DNA of 64,000 nucleotides from Oculina patagonica (Eukaryota): NCBI RefSeq assembly GCF_052425735.1, contig NC_135763.1, positions 37,510,001 to 37,574,000 of the forward strand, read 5' to 3'. Shown piece by piece: positions 24,822 to 37,499 of this stretch (position 1 is its first letter; each line of letters starts with the position of its first letter). The notes under the pieces were generated by a model. It saw only the letters and a program-made list of their open reading frames with translations, ran no database searches and was not told where the DNA came from. The position numbers and the translations under genes were made by a program.

Positions 24822-27800
24822 TACAGTGTAACACCTACATGTAATCCTAGTTTGTACTAAATTTATATGTATATGTATTTTTATTTGTATAGCCCAACTA
24901 TGTTGTACGACCCTCATAAATTAATAAACAAACAAAACAAACAAACAAACAATTAAATAAATAAATAAATAAATAAATAACTGAACAGAAAAAGAAGTGT
25001 TATAACAGTTACTGCAAATCCTTTGTTAATTCCCCTTTGGAGCATAAATTCTTTTCATATCAAGTCCCACCCTCTTTTCCTCCACAATTGAAACAATATT
25101 TTAACAACGTAATTACCAACCCAGGCACAAATTCACATTTTCATGAGCATTGGGGGAGCAGTACTTATGCTTGATAGGGGGGGGGGGGGGGGGGGGGGGG
25201 GGGGGTGGGCAAGAGGGCTTTTGTATTTCAAATTTATGAATTCCATCAAGTGGCACCTTTGCTCTGGCACTGATGCAAGAAATGTGCTGTCAATCTTAAG
25301 TTGTACATGTAATGCTATGGCTCACAGAACTGTTTTTTTCCTACAGATCCCTTTGACAAGAGTCCTTTGCCAGAATGAGAGAGCACAAAAGCTCAGATGG
25401 AAAAGTCAAAGAGTAGGTGTAACTTCCCTTTTACACTTTAATTTTTCGATTAAAAGTCATGAATAAGAATTTATAAAATTAATAAAAATGGATATTAGTA
25501 GGTGCTTCTGGGGTCTGTGCTTTTTCTTAAAAGTCCAGTCTTGATTTCATTCTTGAATTTGTGTTGCAGGAGATTAGCAGCTGTTTCTGTTGGGAAAAAA
25601 AACGACTCAATATCAAAATTAAAGATGAGAATATACGGAGAAAGGGCTTCAAAGTGGTTGGGTTGGCCAGAATAATATTAAAGACAATAAAATACTGGCA
25701 TCTGCATGATGACATTTGACTCATTTCTGCATAATATACAAGTAGCAAAACAGGAAATCGTCTCAGAAGATGTATCATTTTTTGCAAAGACTTAATGGAA
25801 TTGATGGACTACTTCACAAGCACAATTTAGAGTAGACGTGGGGAGTTCGAGCGTGAAGCGCGAGGTGCATGGCCAGCGTTCATAGGGAAAGGAGAAGGCC
25901 ACACTCACAGGCTAGTCTCAGATCATCACAGGTTGACTCTACAATAGACTGTTCACATGAGCCCACTATTTTCACATACCGGTATTTTCCTTTGACGGTT
26001 TAATGTGGAAAAAAAATCATGTGAGAAGTAGATGCCAGTGCCTCACTGTTTCTCTCATATTTTTTATATGGAAAAAGAGGGAGGCGGTGGTACAAATGAT
26101 AATCACCTTTCCCTATACATTGGTTGACAAGTGATCTTGTAAGTTAAAACCTAAGAAAATAATAAAATTAATGATATCAAAATCTAAGACAAATAAAACA
26201 ATATAAATGATAGCTACACAGGACAATGGGTGATATTCTAATGATATGACAAGGCAGACTTCTTTGCACTTGATTTTTTTATTACACTGAGTACTTATAC
26301 TGTAAACACTCTAGTTATTTGAGGTAAAAGGGTAAAGCCAAGGTCTGCATGTTGGCCCATCACGCTGGCTCAGCTAATATCTAATTTTTAAGTATAATAT
26401 GTTACAGTGACACGGCAGTGATGCTGTATATGTACTTAGTGTTATCAATGTAAGTAATGTAATGTGCTGTGAAAAATAAAGTATTATTATTTAAAAAAAG
26501 GAGGAGCTTATCTTGGTTTTGATAGCATTAGCAACTAGAAGTAATTCTAGTACTCCCCCTAGATTGGATGGTAGTCAATCGCAGGGTTATCATCTAGGGT
26601 TATTATCCATTTACTGGTACCAGGGTGGAGAGAGACACAAAGACGCCGCGCCGGGCACTACAAGAGCCAACCTTTTTGCCCTAGAACACAACGCATTGCT
26701 CCCAATCAGAGTCCATCACACTAACCATAAAGCCACCATCCCTCATTATTTGAGAGCACTTGAGATAAAAAAGTCACTCCAGATCTTGTTTTCTAAATCG
26801 TATAATGCAGATTAGTATCATGTTTTCAAATTGTCATCATACCTTGAGGTTACTGATACTTTTAATTTTACCAATATAATTTTCTGCACTTTTCTTACAT
26901 AGTGCTATTTCACCAATGTATACTTTTTAAAATAGATTTTAAAAAATTCCCCAGATAGTGATAGCGTGGAAGAAGTGGGAAAAGTTTATATTTCTCTTGT
27001 ATTAAAGTGTTTTTCATCGCTGTTGTTTTGTAGGGTGTTGAGACTAGTAAAGCTCAAAAGTGAAGGAAAAGAAAATCGCAAGAGAATCGAGCTAGTTTTA
27101 TGAGGGGAGAGGGACAGGAGCTGACTCGTCCCCAGTCGTCTCTTCCCTTCGCCCTACATTTTTGAGCGAATTTCTCCCTCCTCCCTACTTTTTGTGCCAA
27201 TTTTTCCCCCCCTGCTCCCTACTTTTTGAGCTAAAATGTCTCCCTCCTCCCTACTTTTTTAGCCAAGATTTCTCCCTCCTCCCTAATTTTTTGGCAAATT
27301 CTCCCTCCTCCCTATTCTGTACCTCCTCCCTCTTTTATTGATCTGTTACGAGGGGAAACTAGGAACTAGTTCGATTTTAACCGCGAGAGAGTAGACCCGA
27401 CTATCAAAAATGGCCGCGAAAAAATCCATCGGCGAGGTGGACTTTCAGCTCTTCTAGAGACAGTTTATTATGTAGATGTATGGCAGACTTTGCCGTTTTG
27501 ACGTGCTCTTCATATACAGTTCTCGAAAATCATTTTAAAACGTTCATAAATAACGGCTGCGAAGGAAACTACGCGTAACATACGGTGAGCTTCGTAAGCC
27601 TACAAGCTCGCCATTTTGAATACGCTCGCGATGATTTTGTCTTCATCAGCAGTACACTCTGTTGGTTGACGTTGTTGGTTGACGTTGATGGTCCGTTGGA
27701 GGTCCGTTGATGGTCATCGATAGTAAAACATATGGGCAATTTTTGAAAATGGCTGACATAAGCAGTTGACGTATGAAAATGTCGCGAGCCAAGAGATAAA

Positions 27801-27877
27801 TGGCGTGTGTGAAGCGAGTTGAAATCAGTTGTAGCTGAACAACTACAAACGGCGGCAAGAAGTTTTCTGCTTACAAG

Positions 27878-30800
27878 ATGAAGATGAAAAGTTTTGTCGG
27901 TAACGGGATTTTGTTATCCTTTGTCGTCGCCCTTGTGTTCTCCAGCGCGTATGCTCAAGACGTTGAACATCCAGCTGGTAGGTGGTTTAACTTTCAACTA
28001 TTTTCGTTCCCCACAAGGAGATTTTTTTTTCTTAACGGTGTTTCCCAATGACAATACGCCCGTTAAAAGCGGGAATCTGGCTTCGGCTTTATGCGTAATT
28101 ATAATTGGCAAAGAGAATTTTAAAAAAGAATCTCCAGTCGTTAAGGTAAGAGTCCTTGAAAGCGGGAATCTTTAATTAAAAGCAAGAACCTTTAAAAATA
28201 AGAGCGGGAAGTTGCGTATACCTTGCAATGACTTTGCTGAATTTAACAATGGTCGTGCCTGTCGTATGATATTCTCTTGGTATTTAGGGGAATTTATGGG
28301 AATTTATAGCTCTGTGGTCGGAGGAATATAATCGGCAATTCTGTTTTCATATTAAAGACGGAATGAAGCAGTGAAGACATTTAAAAAAACAACATCAAAT
28401 ACAGCTGTAGTTCTTGCGTGTTATGAAAAATTGTATTTTTTTCAATTAGAGCCCTGCACTGGTGTATATGCACAAGTTGGAAAAGTTGTTTGTGAAGAAG
28501 ATGCTGTGTGCTACCAGTATAATGAGGCATTTACGTGTGAATGCAAAGAGGGCTTTATAGGTGATGGCTGGGCTGCCGGAGCAGGATGTTATGAAGGTAA
28601 AGTCTAAAGATCAAATACAATGTAACGGCGAAATAGTTTTGTCCCCCTGAAGAAGGCAACATTGCCGAAACGTCGGGAATAGTTTTTTGACTACAGCGTA
28701 GTAAGCTTATTTACATTTTTTGTCATTTATACATTCAGCACCTACGCTGCGCAGGGTTTAGAATTTTTATCAAATACAATGTGTCTGTTTACAGTCGAAA
28801 TGTTTAGAAAATGTTTACTGTGAAATTCTTTGTTGTAAACTTACAGGGGATACAAAACTGTTGTTCTTTGAAATGTACAAAATTGCCTTCAAATTCAAGG
28901 ACAGGGTCGTAACCAGGTATATTTTTTCATCGCTGATCCCAAATTTTAGCTACCGGTATAAATTTTGATTCCTGATCCCCAAAATGTGGCAACATTTGAT
29001 CCCTGATTCCATTCTGATCCCATCTCATTGGCTGATCCGGATCCCTTGACTTGTGACCCGGGATCCCGAGGCTGTGATCCCGATCCCGAGGCTGTGATCC
29101 CGATCCCAAGGCTGTGATCCCTGATCCCATATACCTGGTTATGAGCCTGCAAGGAAGACCAAGGAATCCTCAAAATAATCCTGGCCAAAAGTCTTTAGGA
29201 TCAGTGACAAAAAGTTGAGATATTAGGCTTAGGTTAGATTAACATGATGTTGTGTGTTTTATACTGATGGACCATGTTTGCTTATTTTTTGCAGCGGGCC
29301 ATGTGGAAGGCCCAGGAAGAGAGAAAAGTAAGTACAGAATTCAATCACGTTGTTTTATGTGTCATATTTAACAATGAGTGTTGAACCAATCCTTGTGTGT
29401 CGCATTTAAAACCAGCTCCGACTGCATGCATGTAAGTCAAGTTGAAGAAATCTATGGAGCAACAAGACTGGAGCACTGTTTTTGTGGTCTAGTTTTAAGA
29501 TATAATTTTCAAAATACCATGTACTGAAACAAGATGAGAATGCCACTTGGATCACCATGAAAATAATTGAATTTGCCAATACAAAACTATGATTATAATT
29601 AATGGTTACATGGTAATTGTTTACCAGCATCTGAACAAAATAATTGTTTACTGTTTTTGACTTAACTTGATCTTTCAACTGGTGATGTAATTTTGTTCAG
29701 TTTATTCCACTTCTGAAAGTTCTGACTGGTCACACTGTATGTTTTTGTCTCATTTTGGCATACCGGTAACCATTCAAGTGGAGGGGGACAGGGGGGCGGG
29801 AGACCGGAAGAAAAGGGGCGGGAAGCGGGAGAAGAGAGGGTGGGAAGTGGGATTCCTAAGGTGGCGGGAACCGGGAGAAAACGAGTAAAATTTCGCAATG
29901 TTTCGTTATATTTTGCAATAGATATGGGACAAAGAGATGGGAACCACTATGGAAAGGGGCGGGAAGTGGGAGTAAAAGGTACGGTAGGCGGAAGTAAGAG
30001 GTGCAGGAGGTGGGAGGTTCAGACCCCCCTGTCCCCACCCACATTCAAATGAGCCTAATAGTAACTTGCTGCTTTCTTCTAGGAGGATATATTCCAGGCA
30101 TGTGGATACCAGGCGGACACAATCGCGGCATCAGTAAGTAATCTAGACAACTTTAAAAGTTGGAAATTTTTCTTGCCTTTAGATGAGTGCATATTGAATA
30201 CTGTATTTACTCAATTGAGTGCCTTGGCACTCAAGTTTTTACCATTTTGGTTATTTGGGTTGCCCCTTTTTTGAGGATGGTGATTTTCAGAGGCAGCGGA
30301 GCGTTTTGTAACATGGGTGGGGGATGGGGGGAAGTGGGGGGCTATGACTGTCCCAAAAATATTTGGTAGGTTTTCATATTTGGCATTTTCTAGACCGAAG
30401 ATTCTCTGATTGTTGTTCGAAGGCCATACGAATGTTTCTGATCATTTGTTGAACTTTTCTGAAGATAAACAAAGTTTCCCAAAGACTTCCTAGGAAGTTT
30501 CAAAGACGTTTGAACTGGCACTCACGAGACGGAATATCTTGACAAACCAATTTTCGCTGCCGTCGCGATATTTTCGGCACTTAAACTTGGGGGGGGGGGG
30601 GGGGAAACTGAGCCCCTCCCCAAATTTTCGTTTGGGGGTATACAACCTCCTCTTATCTGCCATCTATGCTTTTTAATAATGTAAATAATAACAAGAGAGA
30701 GAGAGACCAATTAACACCTAGACAGCAAGCTCGACGTTTCTACTTAACAATTAGACGGCAAGCGCGAGGTTTCTACCGGCTGATAGTTGGCGAGGGGCGA

Positions 30801-31823
30801 AGCCCCGAGCCAACTATCAAAAGCCGGTAGAAACCGAGAGCGAGCCGTCTAATTGTGTTAGCATAACCCACTGACCGATCTATTAAACTCAGAATATCGC
30901 TAGAATAGATTTATTGAAGGTTTTGATTGATAAAATTTAGCGAAGACAACGCGCGCGCTCTGAGAGCCTTCTACGGATCGATAGTAGGCACCTGTGTAGC
31001 CAATCAGATTGCGCGATTACCAATAGTAGGTCAGTGTGGTTATGCTTTGGGTAACAGCTGATAGTTGGCAAAAAACTATCAAAAGCCAGTAGAAACCGAG
31101 ACCGAGCCATCTAACTGTTTTAGCATAACCCAGTGGCTGATCTATTAAACACATGATATCGCTAGAGTTGATTTTTTAAGGGATTTGTTGAAAAAATTTA
31201 GCGAAAAACTGAGCGCACTCTGAGAGGTGTTTAACTATCAATAGAAGGTACCTGTGTAGCTAATCAGATCGTCATTTTGCCAATGGACTACCGCTCAGTT
31301 ATGCTACTGAAATATAGCCACTTTGAACTGGAAAGCACTCCAGGCAAATAAATTTCCAAGGCTGGTTTCAACTTAGTCGTACTGTACTTTGTCTTGTTTC
31401 TTTTACTTGTTTCTTTTAACATGTTATTCTCATGTGTGAAAATATGATTTTTTCGCGCCAAAGATTACCTGGTATTTCACTGCTGTTTATATAATTTAAG
31501 TAATTTCTTCGCTAACATTAAGTTTCATAGAGAGTATTTGGCAGAACTTAATCAAGTAAACTAAACTCAGACATGACACAGTCTCTTTAAGCAACAGCTG
31601 AAGTTTGAAATGTTTTTTTTTTCAATAATCTTCCATTGATTCAAACGGAAACATTCATATTTCAGCACGATGTACTGGATTTGCGGCCTTTATGGGGAGA
31701 TTTATCTGTGACAGAGGTGCAGACTGCATGATGGGTTACAGTAGCGGCATGGCTATCAGATGCATCTGCCGCAGCGGGAGTGGGAATGGTATATCCCGTC
31801 GTTTCATGGGATCAGGGTGCTAA
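27878..31823 (+). CDS. Secreted two-EGF-like-domain peptide precursor (signal peptide, acidic EGF, REKR, cationic EGF), 5 coding exons, 162 aa
   Basis: Exons 27878-27977, 28450-28596, 29295-29327, 30083-30133 and 31666-31823; all phase-1 GT-AG, total 489 nt. Translation: MKMKSFVGNGILLSFVVALVFSSAYAQDVEHPAEPCTGVYAQVGKVVCEEDAVCYQYNEAFTCECKEGFIGDGWAAGAGCYEAGHVEGPGREKRGYIPGMWIPGGHNRGITRCTGFAAFMGRFICDRGADCMMGYSSGMAIRCICRSGSGNGISRRFMGSGC*. Confidence 0.8.
28902..29149. mobile_element. Non-autonomous hAT-like MITE with GATCCC sub-repeats and 6-bp TSD
   Basis: TIRs cagggtcgtaaccaggtatat and atatacctggttatgagcctg; TSD caagga on both sides. Confidence 0.75.
29778..30042. mobile_element. G-rich MITE
   Basis: TIRs gtggagggggacagggg and cccctgtccccacccac; flanking direct repeat attcaa; internal ggcggga repeats. 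Confidence 0.6.
30742..31310. repeat. MITE-type repeat with an internal tandem duplication of about 280 bp
   Basis: ctgatagttggc..aactatcaaaagcc..tagcataaccc..atcgctaga..tttagcgaa..ctctgaga..cctgtgtagc.aatcagat..ttatgct occurs twice (about 30780-31046 and 31058-31306). Confidence 0.6.
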
Positions 31824-32665
31824 TTTAATGTAAGTATAGCTAATACTATTTTTACACTTGTAAAAGACTGCAAATTATTATTCCACTATTGCGCCATTTT
31901 ACCATATTAGGGCTAAAGAACGCGCAAAATATGCCACAGTAGAACAGGGCAAAAATACGGGCGGACAAACTTACGGAATACTGGCCCAAACAAAGTGGAA
32001 AAATTAGTGGAATAATAAATCCCTTATTTGATGGTTTAACATATAATACGAGCGGACATTTTGCTCATTGCTCGTATTTTTCCTCGCCCCTAGTACCTAC
32101 GGGGCTCGGAAAAATACTACGCAACTCGCAAAATATCTGCGTGTATTGTATGTTAAACCATCGAATAAGGTGTATATAGTTCCACTTTCTTCAAACTATT
32201 ATTTACTTGCAATTGTTGATAATACACGTGCATTTAATTGACCGTTCACACCCTGTACATGGGCAGTAGGACTTCAAATAATATTTACAGAAGAAAATCT
32301 TTGGAAGTATTTGGATGATCTAGAATTTTTTTCAGTGATCCTTGTAAGACTTTGGAAGTCCAAAAATGCTTGCTGTACGTTATTGTAAACCCTGATGTAA
32401 TTTGTACTCATAATGCACCTCAGACTCACATTACGCAAAAGCCGTGCTTTTTACCTTAGTAACCAATTCAGCTAATGATTGAGTAAGACGACTACTGTTT
32501 CGCAATAATTTGAGGTCAATACTTGTGCCCAGCCTCCCTTTCCCTTTTTTCGACTTTTTTTGCTTGTTTACAAGCGAACGTAGGAGAATAGCAGTTATGT
32601 TGGGCAAAATTTGGAACATTCTTGTTAATTCTCAAGGGACTTTTTTAATTTCTCAAGGGATTTCT

Positions 32666-33695
32666 TTCCGCTGTGGGTGATGAAAGGGTCTCTTATTAGT
32701 ATTGCGTCAACACTTGCAATCTCATGTTAAAGACGTGACCTGGCACATATTCCGCTGTGGGTGATGAAAGGGTCTCTCATTAGTATTGCGTCAACACTTG
32801 CGATCTCTGCGTGTCAAACGTGACTTGTCACATGTATAAATGTTATATAACAATTATTTTTATGCGTGAGTATCTCAAATGAGATATGACACAACTAGTG
32901 GAGAATGTGAGTGGTTCAGCCCATGAAGGCAACGTTTAAGTCTTTCACAGTCTAAAGCGTTTGAATTCTTCCATGATATGTTCGAACAACAATGCCCAGG
33001 ATAAACCTTCTACTCATAACCTAAAGGATTTGTTTTCGCGACAATCTATTACGTTAGTCACGCTAAACACGAGTAAAGCGGCGCTAATATTCAACCTAAA
33101 AGATTTGTTTTCGCGACAATCTATTGCGTTAGTCACGCTAAACACGAGTAAATAATCATTTATTCGCGTTCTCAATTCAAGAGATTTCTTTTCGGTGTGG
33201 GCCGGGGGTGTGGGTATATATGAAGAATGTATTCAGAAAATAATGCATCGCCATTAGAAAAATAAACAGCAACTGTTTTACTGGAAATGTAGTCGTTAGA
33301 AATGGCATGTGTAGCCGTAAGGTAAAGAATAACGCGAGGAGAAGCGGCTTTTGGTAATATCCAAACGAAAATTTACTTCTCAATGTGGGGTTAAGATTGC
33401 GTGACGAGACAAAAGGTAACTCTGTCGTGCGTAACCTTTATCGAGAACCCTGCATTAAGCCAAGTAGAAATCTTTCTAACTCGAAAGGAAACAACTATTT
33501 GGATTAAAGGCAAACGTCAAAGTTTACCATTTTTAACCAAGCCAAAGTATATGAGTCGCAAAGCGCCCAGCCGTCGCGACTGACAAATACAGCATTTCCT
33601 CCGCGAAAATGAAAAAAATGCTTGAACTGAAAGAGTTTGAATTCTTCCATGATATGTTTGAACAACAATGCCCAGGATAAAACTTCTACTCATAC
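32666..33695. repeat. Cluster of local direct duplications
   Basis: An 85-bp unit twice (from 32666 and 32751); a 60-bp unit twice (from 33018 and 33093); a 60-bp direct repeat at 32959 and 33635. Confidence 0.6.
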
Positions 33696-36109
33696 TAACT
33701 TCATGCAAAAAAAAGTCGATATCTCGAAGAGATCTTTGATTAGATTTGCGTCTACTTGCGATGCCTTTTGGCTAGGCTTTGCGTGTATAGAACTTGTTTT
33801 GACTTGCGATGACTTGTGTTCACTTTTTTCGGGATTAAATTAGTATGCAAGTCCACGCAAATTGCTTCCACGTCATTCGTTACAGTTTTGACCGCGGAAG
33901 ACTCACTGAAGACTAAGCCCATACTGAGCTTTGAAATGGCTTTTTTTGTTGTTGCATTATTCGTACAGTTGCATGTAAATTTGAGCGTCCGTTTGGCCAC
34001 CCAACACAATTATTAATCGTATCTATAACAAAATTATATGTTATTACCTTATTGTTACTTATTTTTGCGGGACTTAATTTTCGCGATTTTAACTGAACTT
34101 TAAAAATATCGCGAAATTAAAGACCCACGAAAATTTATTCTTAACGTTTTTGACGTATTTTTAATTGTTTTAACGTATTTTTTGGTAAAGTCCCGCGAAT
34201 GTGCCTGTTCCATTTTCGCGAAATTAATAAGTTCCCGCGAAAATAAGTAACAATAAGGTATATGTTCTGCACGCGCCTATATGTCGCGCCTTTTTGGATA
34301 CCTGTAATTGGACACCGAAGCCATTCGCGCGTCAATCACGTACAATTAACTGAATTCTTTCTTGCTGTTTTTCTACTGTTAATACGACCAATTGTATTTA
34401 CCTTAGACTTTTTCTCAAAGATTTCCTAACCTCGAATTTTGTTGTTGACACGATATATTAGTAATTGGACCACGTGTCGTACAATTCAGTGAGTAATCGT
34501 GCTCGTAATTTCAAATCGCTCGGCCTGATTACTCCATGAATTGTACTCCACTCGATCCGTCCAATTACTATTAGTATGTACGTTAGTTCAACAAGCACCT
34601 CAACTACTTGCACCTCCGTTTGACATTTTGTCTTTTTCCTCTTTTCAGCTGGACTGCGACTTGAAGTTTTACTTTTTTACTTTTTATCTGGAGTTTGTAA
34701 AATGATTTTAAGACTGAAATAAAAGGAAAATACTTTTACTGGCAAACTGCTTTGTAGAATCTCTCTCTTATAATTATACTGATCCTCCTGAAATCCTATT
34801 GCTCTCTCTCTTTGCGATAGATCGAAGAATGCAGCCATAAACCAAAACATCAGTGTGGAGGCGACTAAAATCGTCGAAGCAATGCAGAAATGAGCATTGC
34901 AAATGACACATTCATACAAATTGAGATAAACTTGAAAAAGTCGGGCCGACGTTTTTCAAGTTTACCCGAACGCAATCCGTTTTTGCCCATCCATGCCGCT
35001 TTTTGACTTTTCTGTGTTTCTTTTGAGTTTTTCCACAGCCATTATTGTGATATTTCAGTTAATTTTATGGCCAGTTGGCCAGTGCCAAAATTGCCTAAAT
35101 TCGCGTGACATAGTCCCTTTTAACCAAGAGCACTGATCCAGCTGGATGAAAAGTTGATCGAGGTTTAATTTCTCTTGTGTAAAAGTGTTTTTCATTGCTA
35201 TTGTTTTGTGGAGTTTGAAATTCAACAACATAAAAACTAGAGGACAGAAAATATAAACAAAATTCACTTCACGGTTTACAAGCAAAAAAATCGGCCACAT
35301 TTTTTCACATCCACATTCTTTCTTATAGACCATTGTCTATGGTGTTGAACATTTTATAACGACAGTCGAAAATACGTCTGCGTTCGTAGGCTACCTCAGG
35401 CGCTTCGTTTTTTTTTTCGCGCTGCAACAAAAGGCGAACAAAGCGCGCGCGCCCATTTCAAAAAGAGAAAGGCGTCTGGGTACGAGGCAGTTATAACGTC
35501 ACTACTCAGAATAGAAGTGACGACCTCGTAGATCCCAACCTAGAATTTTGCTTTTTCGATATTACAATTTTGCTCAAAAGTGAAACCTTGTGCGTGAAAG
35601 TGAAAGGCAACACATCACATCGTCGAACAAACATTTCCCGCCAACTTTAACCTCCCAGATGCGGAAACACGGACATGAACTTGTACAATCGAGAAAGGAA
35701 ATGAGGGGTGGTTGTGTGAGCTAGCGGCCAACAAAAAGGTGATTGGGGGAAAGAAAAATGGTTCAGGTGGACATTTAGTTTTCTATCCCACTCCGTGGTC
35801 TTACAACAGACTAAGGGAGGGGATGGAGGGGACTCGAAAGAGTGGAGGTAGTTTTGCGTACATTATTGGTTGACAAATATGTTTCGCCTGCCGATATTTT
35901 GCCCATTTATTTTCCATAGAACATTGATACTGGGAGTTTTTATTGAGTTTCTGGACAAGATTGATTCATTATCTTACGGACACGCTTTTAGGACCGAACT
36001 TGTTCTGTGTACATTTAAAAATTTGAAATCACGTTTTCTGAATTTTATTCTCAAGTCAATTCTTAAGCTTATAGAGGTTTTGGTCCCAGCCTTCTACTGG
36101 CCTGACCAG

Positions 36110-36790
36110 TAGGCCCAGACAGATTGTGCTCGGTAACTTTTGAGCAACTTTTGGCGTTTGGAGCAACTTTTTCCAATTTTAGCAACCTTGAGCAGCTTTT
36201 GGCTTTCTGAGCAACTTTTGAGCAACTTTGTATTGATATGCCTAATAAGAATCACAAAAATTAACATGTGGTTGAAATTTTGAAAAGGAAACATCTATTT
36301 CTGTAAAAACATTGATACTTTGCATACTAGCAGGGAACGGGTGTTGAAGAGGTGTTGAGAGGACATCATAAGCCCACCTCGTCCCCAGTTATTTTCGGTT
36401 CACTACCACTGCCTGGTCGCCCAGGCTTTCTAGGCCTGGTTGCCCAGCGTCGGCAGCGTGTTCTTCCTCACAATGGCGGACGGCGATTTAATAGATTTAA
36501 TATCGCAGGACACCGGAGAAAACGAAGTTGTTGCACAAGAAGAAACAGAATCTGAGGAGGAAGAAGATCCAATTTTGATTGCGACAAATGCTGGCGCGAG
36601 TCTTCGTGCCCAAGATATACATTTCAGATTAATATATTGAACTTTGTTAAGTTCCAATTATCCAAAAAGAACAATGATTGATGATATTTAGTAATATTTG
36701 TATGAAATATTGATATATTAAAGTAGCAACTTTTTGGCTTTAAAAAGAGCAACTTTTCATGATTTTGCGAGCACAATCTGTCTAGGCCTA
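36110..36790. mobile_element. Non-autonomous hAT transposon
   Basis: TIRs taggcccagacagattgtgctcg and cgagcacaatctgtctaggccta; perfect 8-bp TSD ctgaccag; sub-terminal gagcaacttt repeats (also seen at 3440-3490 and 3880-3900). Confidence 0.85.
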
Positions 36791-37499
36791 CTGACCAGAG
36801 GCTTTTTAGGCCCGGGGGGGGGGGGGGGGGGGACTCGCATATGAAAGTGACGGGGATGCTCGTCGTCTCCCTTAGGGGTGTAAATTTCGATTTTTTTGGT
36901 CTCGCTTAGGGTGTTCTGGGCAAAGCGCCACTACCGTATTTGCCAATATTTTAAGCCATAATGCATGGTCTCGTTTAGGATTCCACATGAAGAAATATAC
37001 AAATATAAATTCCATTCTTAGTTTTTTGGTATCTTTTAGGGGTCAAGAAAAGCTTGAGCCACACCCAGATTAGTCTCTTTTTGGGGTTCTTTTCAAATTT
37101 TCCGACGAGCATCCCCGTCCGTTTCATATAGGAGTCCCCTCCCCCCTCCCCCCGGGTTTTTAGGCCGCCGCTCACTGGTGTAAATAATAATTAAAAGGGG
37201 ACTGCATTTGTTTGCAATAAAAGTGCGACTGCACGAGCCCTATTATATTATGTCAAAGATCGGGTTTCCCAGATAAAAAAGGAAAGTTTCGATGCGTAAA
37301 GCAAGCTTGTTCTCCTTCGACAGAAAGTCAAACTGCCCCGACAAACATTGCTGGATGTTTCCGGCCTATCACAAAACCCGGTGAATGATCGACGATCGTG
37401 AAGATCTGGGTACGAGCGAGCATTTTGCGACATTTGATTGTCGATTACAACACATATCATTCTTAAGGTTGGAAAACCGCTGTTTTAAAATTTTTCAAA

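Noticed and set aside
25177-25208. Long poly-G run as a functional G-quadruplex or poly-Gly ORF
   Set aside because: Such G/C homopolymers recur throughout the window inside common repeats, and their length is unreliable in assemblies.
32666-33152. CRISPR-like array
   Set aside because: Only two long copies per unit, no unique spacer series and no cas genes, in a eukaryotic context.
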